A program made the translations under genes and the position numbers. 64,000 bases of DNA from the human T2T-CHM13v2.0 reference genome, Homo sapiens: the NCBI RefSeq assembly GCF_009914755.1, contig NC_060933.1; one strand, 5' to 3'. Positions within the stretch are counted from its first letter, which is position 1. Every line of letters starts with the position of its first letter. Of the stretch, positions 1 through 12,770 are shown in pieces. Below the pieces are notes generated by a model, which was given only the letters and a program-made list of their open reading frames with translations, did not search any database and had not been told where the DNA came from.

Positions 1-434
1 TACATCTTGTACATCCCATAGTTCACTCAACTTGCTGAGAATCTGGGAGCAATTTTTTACAGCATTCAGGGTACTTTGTTGCAAGCAACACAGACCGATT
101 TTGGCTAATATGAGCAGAACAGTAATTTACTAAACAAAAAAACCCAAAAAACTCCAGGCAACTCACAGAATCTGTGGCAAGTCAGGTTTGAAGGCTAAAA
201 AGCCGGAAGCTATGCCCCAAATCAAACTGCAGAATTGATCTCCCGCAGGCACTGCTGTCTCTGCTGTAGGACAGAGAAACTGCATCTGCATGGCACACTC
301 CTCCAATGCTGCTACCAGAAAGAAAGCTCCTGCAAACAGGATACAGCCACCTTCACAGGCACTGCCCCAGGGAAAGAGCCTGCATGATCTCCATTTCTTC
401 ACATTACCATTTTCTGATTAAGATTTGAAGGTGG

Positions 435-716
435 GGCCGGGCGCGGTGGCTCACGCCTGTAATCCCAGCACTTTGGGAGGCCGAAGGCGGGCGGATCGCG
501 AGGTCAGGTGATAGAGACCATCCCGGCTAACACGGTGAAACCTCGTCTCTACTAAAAATACAAAAAATTAGCCGGGCGTGGTGGCGGGCACCTTTAGTTT
601 CAGCTACTCCGGAGGCTGAGGCAGGAGAATGGCGTGAATCCGGGTGGCGGAGCTTGCAGTGAGTCGAGATGGCGCCACTGCACTCCAGCCTGGGCGACAG
701 AGCAAGACTCTGCCTC

Positions 717-759
<43 letters not shown>
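435..759 (+). mobile_element. AluY, full length, CpG-rich
   Basis: GGCCGGGCGCGGTGGCTCACGCC start; AluY-type GGCGTGAA and GCGGAGCTTGCAGTG; TSD AAGA(T/G)TTGAAGGTGG at 420-434 and 760-774. Confidence 0.95.

Positions 760-760
<1 letters not shown>
716..760 (+). repeat. (CAA)15 microsatellite replacing the Alu tail
   Basis: 15 uninterrupted CAA units counted directly. Confidence 0.97.
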
Positions 761-1012
761 AGAGTTGAAGGTGGGGAGCTAAGGAGGAGTTAAGTATGTC
801 TGATTGGCAGGACCTACGTCATATGCCAGGACCCTGGCTACCAAGAGTCTGGGAAAATTAATAGAAGATCTTCAACTTCTCTGATTGGAGACAGGCTCTA
901 TAACCCAAAATAGGAAGAGGTTCCTCTGCCAAGTAGCCATAAAGTGACAAATGTTCACTACATCCTTCATATATAGTCAGTTACAATTTCCTACTGACAC
1001 TATCCCCTAAAT

Positions 1013-1352
1013 CAGCAGTCCCCAACCTTTTTTGGCAGCAGGGACCGGTTTCGTGGAAGACAATTTTTCCACGTGCAAGGGTTTTGGGGGATGGTTTCAG
1101 GATAAAACTGTTCCGTGTCGAATCATCAGGAGTTACATTCTCATAAGGAGTGCGCAACCTAGATCCCTCGCATGCGCAGTTCCCAGTAGAGTTCACACTC
1201 CTATGAGAATCTAATGCTTCCGCTGCTCTGACAGGAGGCTGAGCTCAGGCAGTAATGCTTGCTCGCCCACCGCTCATCTCCTGCTGTGCGGGCCAGTTCC
1301 TAACAGGCCAGGGATCAGTACCGGTCTGTGGCCTGGGGATTGAAGAACACTG
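1013..1352 (-). mobile_element. MER1B hAT-Charlie DNA transposon (MITE)
   Basis: CAG...CTG termini and body match the reverse complement of MER1B; 8-bp TSD CCCTAAAT (1005-1012) / TCCTAAAT (1353-1360). Confidence 0.92.
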
Positions 1353-1363
1353 TCCTAAATCTC

Positions 1364-1515
1364 TTTTTTAAAACAGCTTTATTGAGTTATAATTCACATC
1401 CATACAATTTACCCACGTAAAGTGCACGATTCAATGGTATTTGATGTATTACATGTTATATTTTTTGGATCAGGAATACATATATAACAAAATTTGCCTG
1501 TTGACCATTTTTAAG
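1364..1515 (-). mobile_element. L1MB-type 3' end fragments; the second continues at about 10620
   Basis: CAGCTTTATTGAG-TATAATTCACA and TAACAAAATTT...ACCATTTTTAAG are typical L1MB 3' termini. Confidence 0.7.
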
Positions 1516-4500
1516 AAAATAAATTTAATCATTTATACTTAAGATGTAAATATATTGTGGGATACATGTAGATAGTAAAATGGTCACTATAAAGAAGCAG
1601 ATTAACATATTCGTCATCTCACACAGTTACACTTTTGTTAGTTTTTGTGGCAAGAATAGCTAAAGTCTACTCATTTAGCAGGAATCACAAATACAGTACA
1701 ATTTTATTATCTGTAATCTTCACGTACATTTGATCTCTAGACTTGTTCATCCTACATGTCTGTTACTTTGTGTCCTCTGACCTACATCTCCCCATTTCCT
1801 TTCTACCTCCCTAGCCCCACCCCTGGTAAGCAGTGTCTTATTCCCTATCTCTGTATATTTGACTCTTTAAAAAATTCCACATGTAAATGAGATCATGTAT
1901 TTTTGTGTGTGTGTCTAGCTTATTTCACTTAGCACAAACTTCCAGGTTTCTGCATGTTGTGACAAATGGCAGGATCTCCTTTTTTAAAGGCAAAATAATA
2001 TGTCTTTATCTATATGTATGTAGCACAGTTTCTTAACTATTTGTATCTCTACAGACACACAGGTTGTTTCCATATCTTGGCTATTGTGGGTAGTGCTGCA
2101 GTAAACACGGGCGTGCACATACCTTTATGAAATGGTGACTTTATTTCCTTTGGGTATATGCCCAGAAAGGGGGTTGCTGGGCCACATGGTAGTCCTATTT
2201 TTAATTTTTTTGGAAACTTTCATATTGGTTTTTATAATGGCTGCACCAAACTACATTTCCACCAGCACTATGCAAGCCTTCCCTTTTTCTTCACATACTT
2301 CCTAACATTCGTTATCTTTTGACTTTTAAATAATAGCCATCATAATGGGTGTGAGGTCGTATCTCATTGTGATTTTGACTCGTGTTTCCTGATGATTAAC
2401 TGCGTTTAACACCTTCTTACAAATTTGTTGGCCGTTTTTCATATCTTCTTTGGAGAAATGTCTATTCAGGTTCTTTGTTCATTTTTTATTGAGTTATTTG
2501 TTTTTCTGCTATTGAATTGTAGGGGTTCTTATAAGTTGTGGATGATAACCCCTTATCAGATACAGGGTATACAATTTTTTTTCCCAATTCATAGGCTATT
2601 TCATTTTGTTGATAATTTCCTTTGCTTTGCAGAAGATTTTTATTTTGATGTAGCTCCATTTACTTATCTTTACATTTGTAGCTTGAGCTTTTGGTGTAAT
2701 TAGGGGAAAAAAATCATTGTCAAGGCTAATGTTCAGGCACTTTTCCCCTCTAGTGTCTTCTAGGAGTTCTATAGTTTCAGGTCTTAAATTTAGGTATCTT
2801 ATCCATTTTGAGTTGCTTTTTGTGCATGATGTAAGATAACAGTCCAATTTCATTCTTTTATATGTAGAAATTCAGTTTTCCTAGCCCCATTTATTAGAGA
2901 GACTATCCTTTCTCCATTGTGTCCTCTTGGTGCCTTGGTCAAAACTTAATTGACCATACATGTTTGGATTTACTTCTGTGCACCCTATTCTGTTTCACTG
3001 GTCTATGGCCTGTTATTCCAATATGGTATGGGTTTATTCCAATACAGTATGAGTTTGATTATTATAGCTTTGCAATATAATTTAAGATCAGAAAGTGTGA
3101 TACCTTCAACTATTTGTCAGAATTGTTTTGATTATTCAGGATGCTTTGTCGTTCCATATGAATTTCTGAACTTTAAAAAAAATTTCTGTGACAAATGTTA
3201 TTGGGATTTTGATAGGGATTGCATTGAATCTGTATATTGCTTTGGTTAACAGACAATTTAAAAACATTAATTATTGTATTCATGGGCATGGGATATCTTT
3301 GTATTTATTCTTCCTCAACTTCTTTCATCAATGTTTTACAGTTTTTAGTGTCTAGATCTTTTACCTCCTTGGTTAAATTTCTAAGTGCTTTATTTTCTTT
3401 TGATGCTACTGTAAATGGGACTGTTTTCTTGATTTTTCTTTCAGCTAGGTTATTATTCTGTGAGTAAAAACACTACTGATTTTTGTATGTTGATTTTGAA
3501 TCCTGCAACTTTACTGAATTCACTTATTAGTTCTAACTGTTTTTTTTCCCTGTGGAATCTTTGGGATTTTATACATATAGGATTGTACAATCTGCAAAAT
3601 AGAGATACTTTTTCTTTCCTTTCTAATTGCCTTTTATTTCTTTTGTGTGTGCGTGTTTGATTGCTCTTGCTAACTTCCAGTACTATGCTGACTAGAAGTG
3701 GAGAGTTGTCATCCTTGCCTTGTACTGGACCTTGGTGGAAAAGCTTTCAGTTTTTCTCTGTTGATTATGTTGTTAGCTGTGGGGTTTGCATACAAAATCT
3801 TTATTATGTGTGAGAAACTTTCCTTCTAAATCTAAGCTGTTGAGAGTTTTTTATCAACAAAGGATGTTGGACTTCGTTAAATGCTTTTTCCTTGTCAATT
3901 CAGAGGATCAGATGGTTTTTACTATTTCATTCTGTTAATGTAGTATATTATATTGATTGATTTGCATATGTTAAATCAGTGTTATATGCCAGAAATAAAT
4001 CTCACTTGGTCATGATGTACAGTCTTTTTGGTGTGTTGTTGAATTCGGTTTGATAATATTTAATTGAGAATTTTTTGCATTAATTCTCATCAGAGAAATT
4101 GACCTATAGTTTTCTTTTCTTGTGATGTCTTTGTCTGGATTAGGTATCAAGATGATGCTTGCCTCATAAAGTATGTTTGGGAGTATTTCCTGTAGCCCTA
4201 TTTTTTGGAAGAGTTTAGGAAGTATTGGTATTAGTTCCTCTTTGAATGTTTGGTAGAATTCAGCTGCGAAGGCATCTGGTCTTGGGCTCTTAATTTGGGG
4301 GAGGGTTTTGATTATTTCTTCAATCTCTTTGTTATTATTCTGTTCAAGCTTTCTATTTCTTTCTGATTTAACTGTGGTAGGCTTTACTTTTCTAGGAGTT
4401 AATCCAACTCTTAAGTCATCCAATTTGTTTGGCATATAATTGTTCATAATAGTCCTGTGTGATTCTTTTAATTTTTGAGGCATCCGTGTAATATCTTCAA

Positions 4501-5027
4501 TATCATTTTTTATTTTATTTGAGTCTTTTCTCTCTTTTTTGCTAGCTAGACTAGTAAGTGTTTTTAAATTTTGTTTACTTTTTAAAAAACCAACTCAGTT
4601 TTACCAATTTTTTTCTATGGTTTTTCTGTTCTCCATTTCATTTATTTCTATTCTGATCTTTATTGTTTCCTTCCTTCTGCTAACTTTGGGCTTAGTTTGT
4701 TCTTCTTTTTCTAGTTCTTGAAGAATATTTTTAGACTATTTATTTGGGATCTTTTTTCCTTTTTAATGTAGGTACTTATTGCTGTACACTTTCCTCTCAG
4801 AACTGCTGCTGCTGCATCCCATAGGTTTTAGTATGTTTCATTTCCATTGTCATTGGTCTCAAGGTATTTACAGTTTCCCTTTTAATTTCTCCTTTTACTC
4901 ATTGATTGCTTAGGAGCATGTTGTTTAATTTCCACATATGTGTGAGTTTTTCAAGATATCTTCTGTTATTGATTCCTGGTTTCACACCATTTTGGTCTGA
5001 AACAATCTTCGATATGATTTTAGTTTT

Positions 5028-5387
5028 TTAAAATTTGTTAAGGGTTGTTTTGTGGCCTAACATACAGTGTATCCTGGAGAATATTCCATGTGTACTTGAG
5101 AAAAATGTGTATTCTGCTGCTGTTGCATGGAATGTTCTGTATATGTCTGTTAGGGCTGTATGGTCTAAAGTGAAATTCAAGTCCAGTATTTCCCTATTAA
5201 TTTTCTGTGTAGTTGATCTATTCATGGTTGAAAATGAGGTATCAAAATGGTCTACTATTATTGTATTGCTGTGTATTTCTTTCTTCATGTCCATTAATAT
5301 TTGCTTTATGTGTTTAGGTACTCTGATGTTGGGTGCATATATATTGATAATTGTTATGTCCTCTTGATGAATTGATCCCCTTATCAT
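5028..5387 (-). pseudogene. Decayed L1 ORF2 APE-type endonuclease fragment
   Basis: GSIHQEDITIINIYAPN...LTDIYRTFH...YTFFSSTHG motifs; frame broken on both sides. Confidence 0.9.
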
Positions 5388-6514
5388 TAAATAATGACTT
5401 TTTTTGTCTCTTGTGACAGATTTTGATTTGAAGTATATTTAATTAGATATAAGTTTCAGCCACCCCTGCTCTCTTTTGGTTACCATTTGCATGGAATATC
5501 TTCTTCTATCCTCTTACTTTCAGTCTATGTTTGTCCTTAAACCTAAACTGGGTCTGTCGTAGGAAGCATATAGTTGGATCTTATTTTTTTAATTCACAAA
5601 GCCACTCTATGTCTTTTGGTTGGAGTATTTAATCAACTTACATTTAAGGTTATTATTTACAAGTAAAACCTTACTACTGCCATTTTGTTATTTGATTTCT
5701 GGTTGTCCTGTGGATCCTTTGCTTTTTTTGTCTATCTTTGTGATTTGAGGATTTTCTGTAATGCTAAGCTTTGATTCTTTCTCTTTATTGTTTGTATACC
5801 AGTTATAGGTTTTGGCTTTGTGGTTACCATGAGGCTTGCATAAAACTTCTTATAGTTAGAATTGACTATTTTAAACAGACAACAACTTAAATTCTGTCAC
5901 ATATAAAAACTCTAGACTTTTACCCTACCCCACACAATTTATGTTTTTGATTTCACAACTTACATATTTTTATATTTTGTATTCCTTAACCACTTATGGT
6001 AGCTTTCGTTATTTTTGACTGTTTTGACTTTTAACCTTCATACTAGAGATATGAATGATTCACATAGCACCATTATAGTGTTGGAGTATTCTGAATTTGA
6101 GTATGTGTTTGCCTGTACTCATACATATGAAAGAATAAAAGTACTAGTGAGTTTTATACTACTACTCCTCACTAGTTTTATACTTTTCTAGGTATTCATT
6201 ATAGCAATTATTGTCCTTTTTTTTCTGCTTGAAGAACTCCTTTAAGCATTTGTCATAAGGCAGGGATAGTGGTGATGAGTTCCCTCAGCTTTTCATTGTC
6301 TGTGAAAGACTTTATTTCTCCTTCATTTCTTAAGGACAGCTTTGCTAGATTTAGTATTTATGGCTAGCTTGGTTTTTTCTTTTGGTACTTTAAATATATT
6401 ACCCCTTTCTTTCTTGGCTTACAAGGTTTTTGCTGAGAAATCCACTAATAGTCTAATGAGAATGCTGTTATACATGGCACGATGCTTTTCTCTTGCTACC
6501 TTTTAAATTCTCTA

Positions 6515-8012
6515 TGTCCTTGGGGTGTCACTTCACCAGCCAGAAACCTCTGTGGTCAGCAGTGTCCTCTGCCTGAGTATTGCTTGTGTCTGCTGGGCTC
6601 GTTCTGCCCACTCAGCCCAGCAGGCTGTGCTCAGCTTATGCTACCAGCCTGTAACCTATACCTGCCAAGGGCGAGCCAGGCGCAGAGTGGTGAGGGGTGT
6701 GTGGGTGAGCAAGTGCAGGATCTGGTCATTGTGCACAGCCAGGCATGCTGGCTGCTTTGGCAGCACAGGCAGCTCCAGGTGCCAGCACAGGTGCTGGCTC
6801 CCTGCAAGGCTGCAGCTGGACCAGATGTACCACATGTGGCTTCTGCTGTGGGTGCCCACATCTGGACGAGAGGGACATGGTGGTGCCCAGAAGCTTGGAG
6901 ATGCCAGGAACCACACAGACCCAAAGAGGGTGCCACAGCCCTGGCTCTGGGAGCCCCTAGGTCTGAGCTCCCCGAAGGGCCACAGCTCTTCTCTCCTTCT
7001 TGTCATCCGGAATGTGGCAAGCAGAGGGGCATGTTTCAGCCCTGTTTGTGTTACAGCACTTTCAGTCCTGCCATTCAGTGGGTCCAAGTTCTTGTCCCAC
7101 ATCCAGGAAAAATGAGGTATGTGGACAACTGGCAGGTAAGCAAGGTGAAGACTAGCTTCACTGAATGACAGAACAGCTCTCAAGAGACCTAAAGTGGGTA
7201 GCTCCTTTCTGCAGGCAGGTCATGCACATGAATATCTAGCTCTCAGTAGAGAGGAGACCCACAGTGGGTAGCTACTTTCCATAGGCAGGTCATCCTGATG
7301 TCTGTTCAAGTTTGAGTGTGTCTGGGGTTTTTATGGGCTCAGAAGGGAAGAAATGCCTGCTGACTGGTCCATGGGCAGCCACGGGCAGGCCTGGAAAAAG
7401 CGCCGTAAGTTCTCATTCCAGTCCACAGACTCTACCTGGAACTGATAGCCTGGCCCCCATGCTTCAGGCCATCTGGGATTTGAAGGAGGGGCTTCACCAG
7501 GGAACAGCCCCTTTCTGCCCAGAAGCCTGTATGCCTCCTGCCACCAATCATGTTGTCCATGGTGCCCATGCTGTTTGTGCTGAAGGGCACCTGCAGGCCC
7601 ATGCCTGAGCTGCCGTCAGCACCTCCTTGGCCTCCCACTTGTGCTGGTCAGGGCCCAAAGTTTGGAGGAGGCCAAGGCGGCAGGGGGCTAACATGTCAGC
7701 ACCACCCCAAGCACATGCACACCTGAACAGGTCACAACAGCCCTGGGCTCGACCACGACTTTGCTCCACCCCAGAGTGGGCACTGGGAGCAGGCACTTCC
7801 AAGCCTGCAGGGACAGAGGGGCTTCCTAGGCTGGGTTGGTAGCTGTGGTTGGGTGGCTGCAGGACTCTTGCCCCAACAACTCAGAAGGGGGCAGGGCTCC
7901 CACCTGTTACCAGCCCCCACCAGCTCCATGAGCATGCAGCCCGAGCCGCACCTCCCCCACTGCAGCTGGTCTCTTAGCGGCCCTGGCTCAAGACACGCTG
8001 CAGCTGCCATCA
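6515..8012 (-). mobile_element. MER52-family solo LTR (ERV1)
   Basis: Minus strand starts TGATGGCAGC... and ends GGTTTCTGGCTGGTGAAGTGACACCCCAAGG; GC-rich 1.5 kb; L1 sequence resumes at 8013. Confidence 0.85.
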
Positions 8013-10835
8013 TTTACTTTTGACAGCTTGATTATAATGTACCCCAGAGAGGACCTCTTTGGTTCTGTTTGGATAACTTTAAGCTTCATGAATCTAGACA
8101 TTAATATCTTTCTCAAGACATGGGTAATTTTCAGCAATTATTTCATTAAATAAGCTTTCTGTCCCTGTTTTGTCTCTTTTCTTGAAAATTCCATGTTGCA
8201 AGCATTTGTTTGCTTAGTAGTGTTACATAAGTCCAACAGGCTTTCTTCATTCTTTTTCACTTTCATTTTTTTCCTCTGATTGATTCATTTCAAACAGCCT
8301 ATCTTCAAGTTCACAGAATCTTTCTTCTGCTTGATCTAGTCTGCTGTTGAAGCTCTTGATTGTATTTTTCATTTCATTGATCAAATTCTTTAATTCTAAG
8401 ATTTATGTGTGGTTTTAAAAAAAATGATATCTATCTCTTTATTGAATTTCTCATTCAGATCATAAACTGTTTTCCTGATTTCATTGAATTATCTATCTGT
8501 ATTCTTTTGTATCTTCCTGGATTTCCTTTAAATCATTATTTTGAATTCTTTTTTAGGCAGTTGGTAAATTTTCATTTTCTTGGAGTCAGTTACTGAAGAA
8601 TTGTTGTGTTCCTTTGATGGTATCATATTTCCTTCGTTTTTTGTGTTTCTTGTATCCTGCATTGACGTTTGTGCATCTGGTGGAGCAGTCACCTCTCTCA
8701 AACTTTACACAGTGGCTTTTGTTGGGAAAGATTTTCACCCACAGATGGGCTTGAGGGAGACAATTGGGCAGGGCGTGATGGGTCTGGTCCCAGGTGGGTG
8801 TAGTTATGTAATTCTCCATGTAGCTTCTTTACCTGTGATGAACATCAGCAATGACTGTGGGTGCCTCAGTGGTCTAGGCTGCAAGATTTTGTGGCAACAG
8901 TGGTGGCAGCATATGTTATTAGGATTCTTGGTGGCAAGAGCTTTAGAGATTCTCCTGTACTTTTCTTCTCCACCACTTAGCTGAAGTGTCTTAGCTGAAG
9001 GAATCTCTCTTCGTTTCAAGCCTGACATGGCCCACAGGTAATGGTGCTGGGATCCAGGGCCCAGGTGCTCTGAGTGTCTGTAGAGCCAGAGTCCTGGGCT
9101 GGGCTCAGGGTCTTGCAAAACTACTATAGGACCTGGGACTTGAGGTTCAGTTCACTCTCTGAGGCACAAGTGGCTTTAGTTCTCTAATAAAGCTGGGGTC
9201 TGTTGCTCTGAGGCATATCCTAGCAGCTGAGGCCCATGGAGCTAGGTTGTAGCTATGACTGTGGTCCTGGTGGTCAGGGCATAGTACTGACTTGGCTCTG
9301 GGAAGAAGGGGTACTCTGAGGGTTTGGCCCTGGGGAGCAAGGCACAACTGCAGTTCAGGTCCCAGAACCAATAGGAAACAGTGACAACTTGGGCCCTGAG
9401 GGATGAGATACCACACAGTAGTGACTCTGGATTCTGAGAATGTGAGGCATGACAGTAACCCAGGCTCTGTGAGGCCAGTTGTTGCAGCAGCAATGACCCA
9501 GGAATGGCCCAGCTGTGGCTTAGGCCCTGAGGACCGGGGAGTAGACAGTGATGACTCTATTCCCCATGGAGTGGGCATGCCTCAGCAGCTTGGACTCTGG
9601 GGGACTACTCCAGTTTTAGGGAGGCAGGGCCTTTAGCTGTGGAGCCTAAAAGGTGGGGTAGAACAGCTCAGCCAAGGGTAAGTTTCCCTGGAATATGAGG
9701 TGCCACATCAGCTCAGCTCCAGAGTATGGCTACACACATTGCCAGGGGCTCTAGTTCTCTGAGGGGTGGGGTGCAGCATTGGCTTGGGCACTGGGGGCGC
9801 AAGACTGCTCTGTAGGGCTGAAGCTTAGGGTCCATAGAAAGCAGGGCACTACCTCAGCTATGGTACTTGGAGATGCAACTGCCAGAGGTTTGAGATCCCA
9901 GAGCAGTGAGGAAGAGTGTTAGCTCAGACCCTGAGGGCAGGGTGCTCCAGTGACTGAAATCGGGGGGATGGAGTGTCTCCACAGTAGCTTAGCTCAGGGG
10001 TAGGTTGTAGTAACAGCTTGACTTAGAGATGGTAATGCTATCATGTGGGCATGGTACAGTGGCAGCAAAGACTCAGGGATGGAGAGGTGCAATGGCTACT
10101 CATCCCTGGAGCAGAACACAGTCTGGCAGTGGCCCTAATTCCAAGACGGTGTAGAACAGCAGCAGCTCAGACCACAAGGAGAGAGATACAACATCAGCTC
10201 TTTCTCTGGGGTAGTGCAGTGTGTAGACACTGGGGAGCTCCCTTAACTAGGATCAGAATCTGTGAGGACTGTGGGAGTCTCCAATAATGAAGAATGCAGA
10301 TGTCCACAGTGGTGATGGGGGTTTCAGGAGTCCTCTTGCTTACCTTTCCCTGCAGAGAGAAAGTCTCTCCTGGTTATGAGCTGATCCTTACTGGGCGACC
10401 AGTTGGTGGAGGCAAACTGTTTCCTTCCCTTCTCTACGTAGCCATACTGGATTTCTGTGCTTCACAGGATTTCTGTTGCTCCTTTTCTCTTCTCTAGTGT
10501 TCTCCTTTAGTTATTTTGGTTGAAATGTAGTTGTATATTCATTGTTTTGTTTTTGTGTGTGTTGCAAGGCAACGAGTTCTACGAACTTCTAGTTGACCAT
10601 CTTGCTGAAATCACCCCTAATTTTACCCATTTTAAAAGTGCAATTCAATAGCATTAATTACATTTGCAATATGGTACAACCATCATCACTATTTCCAAAA
10701 CCATTTTCATCCTTCCAAATGGAAACTCTGTAACCATAAACAATAACTCCTTCTTCCTTCACCCCTCAGCCTCTAGTAATCTCTAATATACTTTCTGTCT
10801 CCATACATTTGACCATTTTAGGTATTTCATATTAG

Positions 10836-11255
<420 letters not shown>

Positions 11256-12334
11256 TGATGTTTTCAAGTCTTAACCATGTATAGCATATATAAGAACTTC
11301 ATTCATTTTAAAGCTGAATAGTATTCCATTTGTATGTATATATCACATTTTGTTTACCCATTCATCTGTTGATGGATACATGGGTAGTCTCTGACTTTGA
11401 GCTATTATGAACTATGCTGTGATGAACACTGGCATTCCAGTATCTGTTTGAGTCCTGCTTTCAATTCCTTTGGGTATTGAGATTGCTAGTAGTGGAATTG
11501 CTGGTTCATATAGTAATCCTATGTTTAGCTTCTTGAGGAACTGGCAAATTGTTTTTCACAGGAGCTGCACCATTTTATATTTATGCCAATGACACACAAG
11601 AGTTCCAATTTCTCCATATCCTTGCTAACATATGTTATTTTCCATTTTTAAAATTATAGCCATCCTAGTATCTGTGAAGTGATATCTCATTGTGCCTCTT
11701 TAATTTTCATTTCCCTAGTGGTTAGTGATGTTGAGTATCTTATCGCATCCTTATTGACTATGAGTATATCTTCTTTGGAGAAATATTTATTCAAGTCCTT
11801 TAACTACTTTTTAGTTGTGTTGTCTTTCTATTGTTGAGTTCTAAGAATTCTTTTTCTATTCTTGATATTGAACCCTTATGAGTTATATGACTTGCAAATA
11901 TTCTTTTTACCATCCTGTAAGTTGCCTTTTTACTCTGTTGACAGTGTTCTTTGATGCACAAAAGTTTTTAATTTTGAAGAAGCCCAATTTGTCTATTTTT
12001 CCCTTTTGTTAATTGTGCTTTTGGTGTAATATCTAGAAATTTATTGCCAAATCCAAGGTGTTGAAGATCATGTCTATTCTTTCCTGTAAGAGTTTTATGG
12101 TTTAGCTCTCATAATTAGGCCATTGATCCCTTATGAGTTAATTTTTGTATACTTTTGTATGTAATATGAACTAGGGATTCAACTTTATTCTTTTGAACCA
12201 CCTATTAAAGAGAATATTCTTTCCACATTACATAGACTTTGCACCCTTGTCAAATGTCTTTTTTTTCAAACTCTCAATTTTATTCTAGTGCTCTTATGTC
12301 TATCCTCATGCTAGCACCACACTATTTTGCTTAC

Positions 12335-12770
12335 TTTCTTGTTCATTTTGGGTTGCTATAACAGAATACCTGAGGCTGGGTAACTTACTTTAAAAAAAGG
12401 TGTATTTGGCTCATGATTCTGGTGGCTGAAAAGGCCAACATTAAACAGTTACATTTGATGAGGACTTCATACTGCTTCCATCCATGACAGAAAGCAGAAG
12501 CGGAGTACGTGCAAAAAGAACATGGCAAGAGAGGAATCAAGAAAGGGAAACCAAGGAAGCCAGGCTCTTTTTAACAGCATGCTCTAGCAGGAACTAATCC
12601 AATCCTGTGACAGCAAGAACTCACCTCTGATGGAAGACATTAATCTATTTATGAGGGATCTGCTCCCTATGACTCAAATACCTCCCACTAGGCCCCACCT
12701 CCCAACACTGCCACACTGGGGATCAAATTTCAACATGAGTTTTGGTGGGAACAGACCCCTTTCAAACCAA
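12335..12770 (-). mobile_element. MSTB-type MaLR solo LTR
   Basis: TTGCTATAACAGAATACCTGAGGCTGGGTAA...ACCTCCCACTAGGCCCCACCTCCCAACACTG...TTTCAACATGAG. Confidence 0.85.

Larger units (their letters stand above)
62..962 (-). mobile_element. Old MaLR LTR (MLT1J/K/L-like), split by an AluY
   Basis: Start resembles MLT1 (CAGGGTACTTTGTTGCAAGCAACA...); end AAATGTTCACTACA; internal CTGATTGG...CATATGCC motif resumes after the Alu. Confidence 0.6.
1516..10620 (-). mobile_element. Near full-length L1MA (L1MA7/8-like), interrupted by MER52
   Basis: Collinear 3'UTR, ORF2 remnants (4010-4483; endonuclease 5028-5387), linker, ORF1 region and GC-rich 5'UTR (about 8700-10615); degenerate TSD ACCATTTTTAAG / CCCATTTTAAAAG. 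Confidence 0.88.

Noticed and set aside
527-760. Poly-Leu 'signal peptide' ORF and similar LSPRLECSG ORFs (10854, 18675, 40296, 54710)
   Set aside because: Antisense Alu translations; the Leu run is the (CAA)15 repeat.
6482-7183. Overlapping 175-228 aa ORFs on both strands
   Set aside because: They lie within the GC-rich MER52 LTR, where stops are scarce; no recognisable domain.
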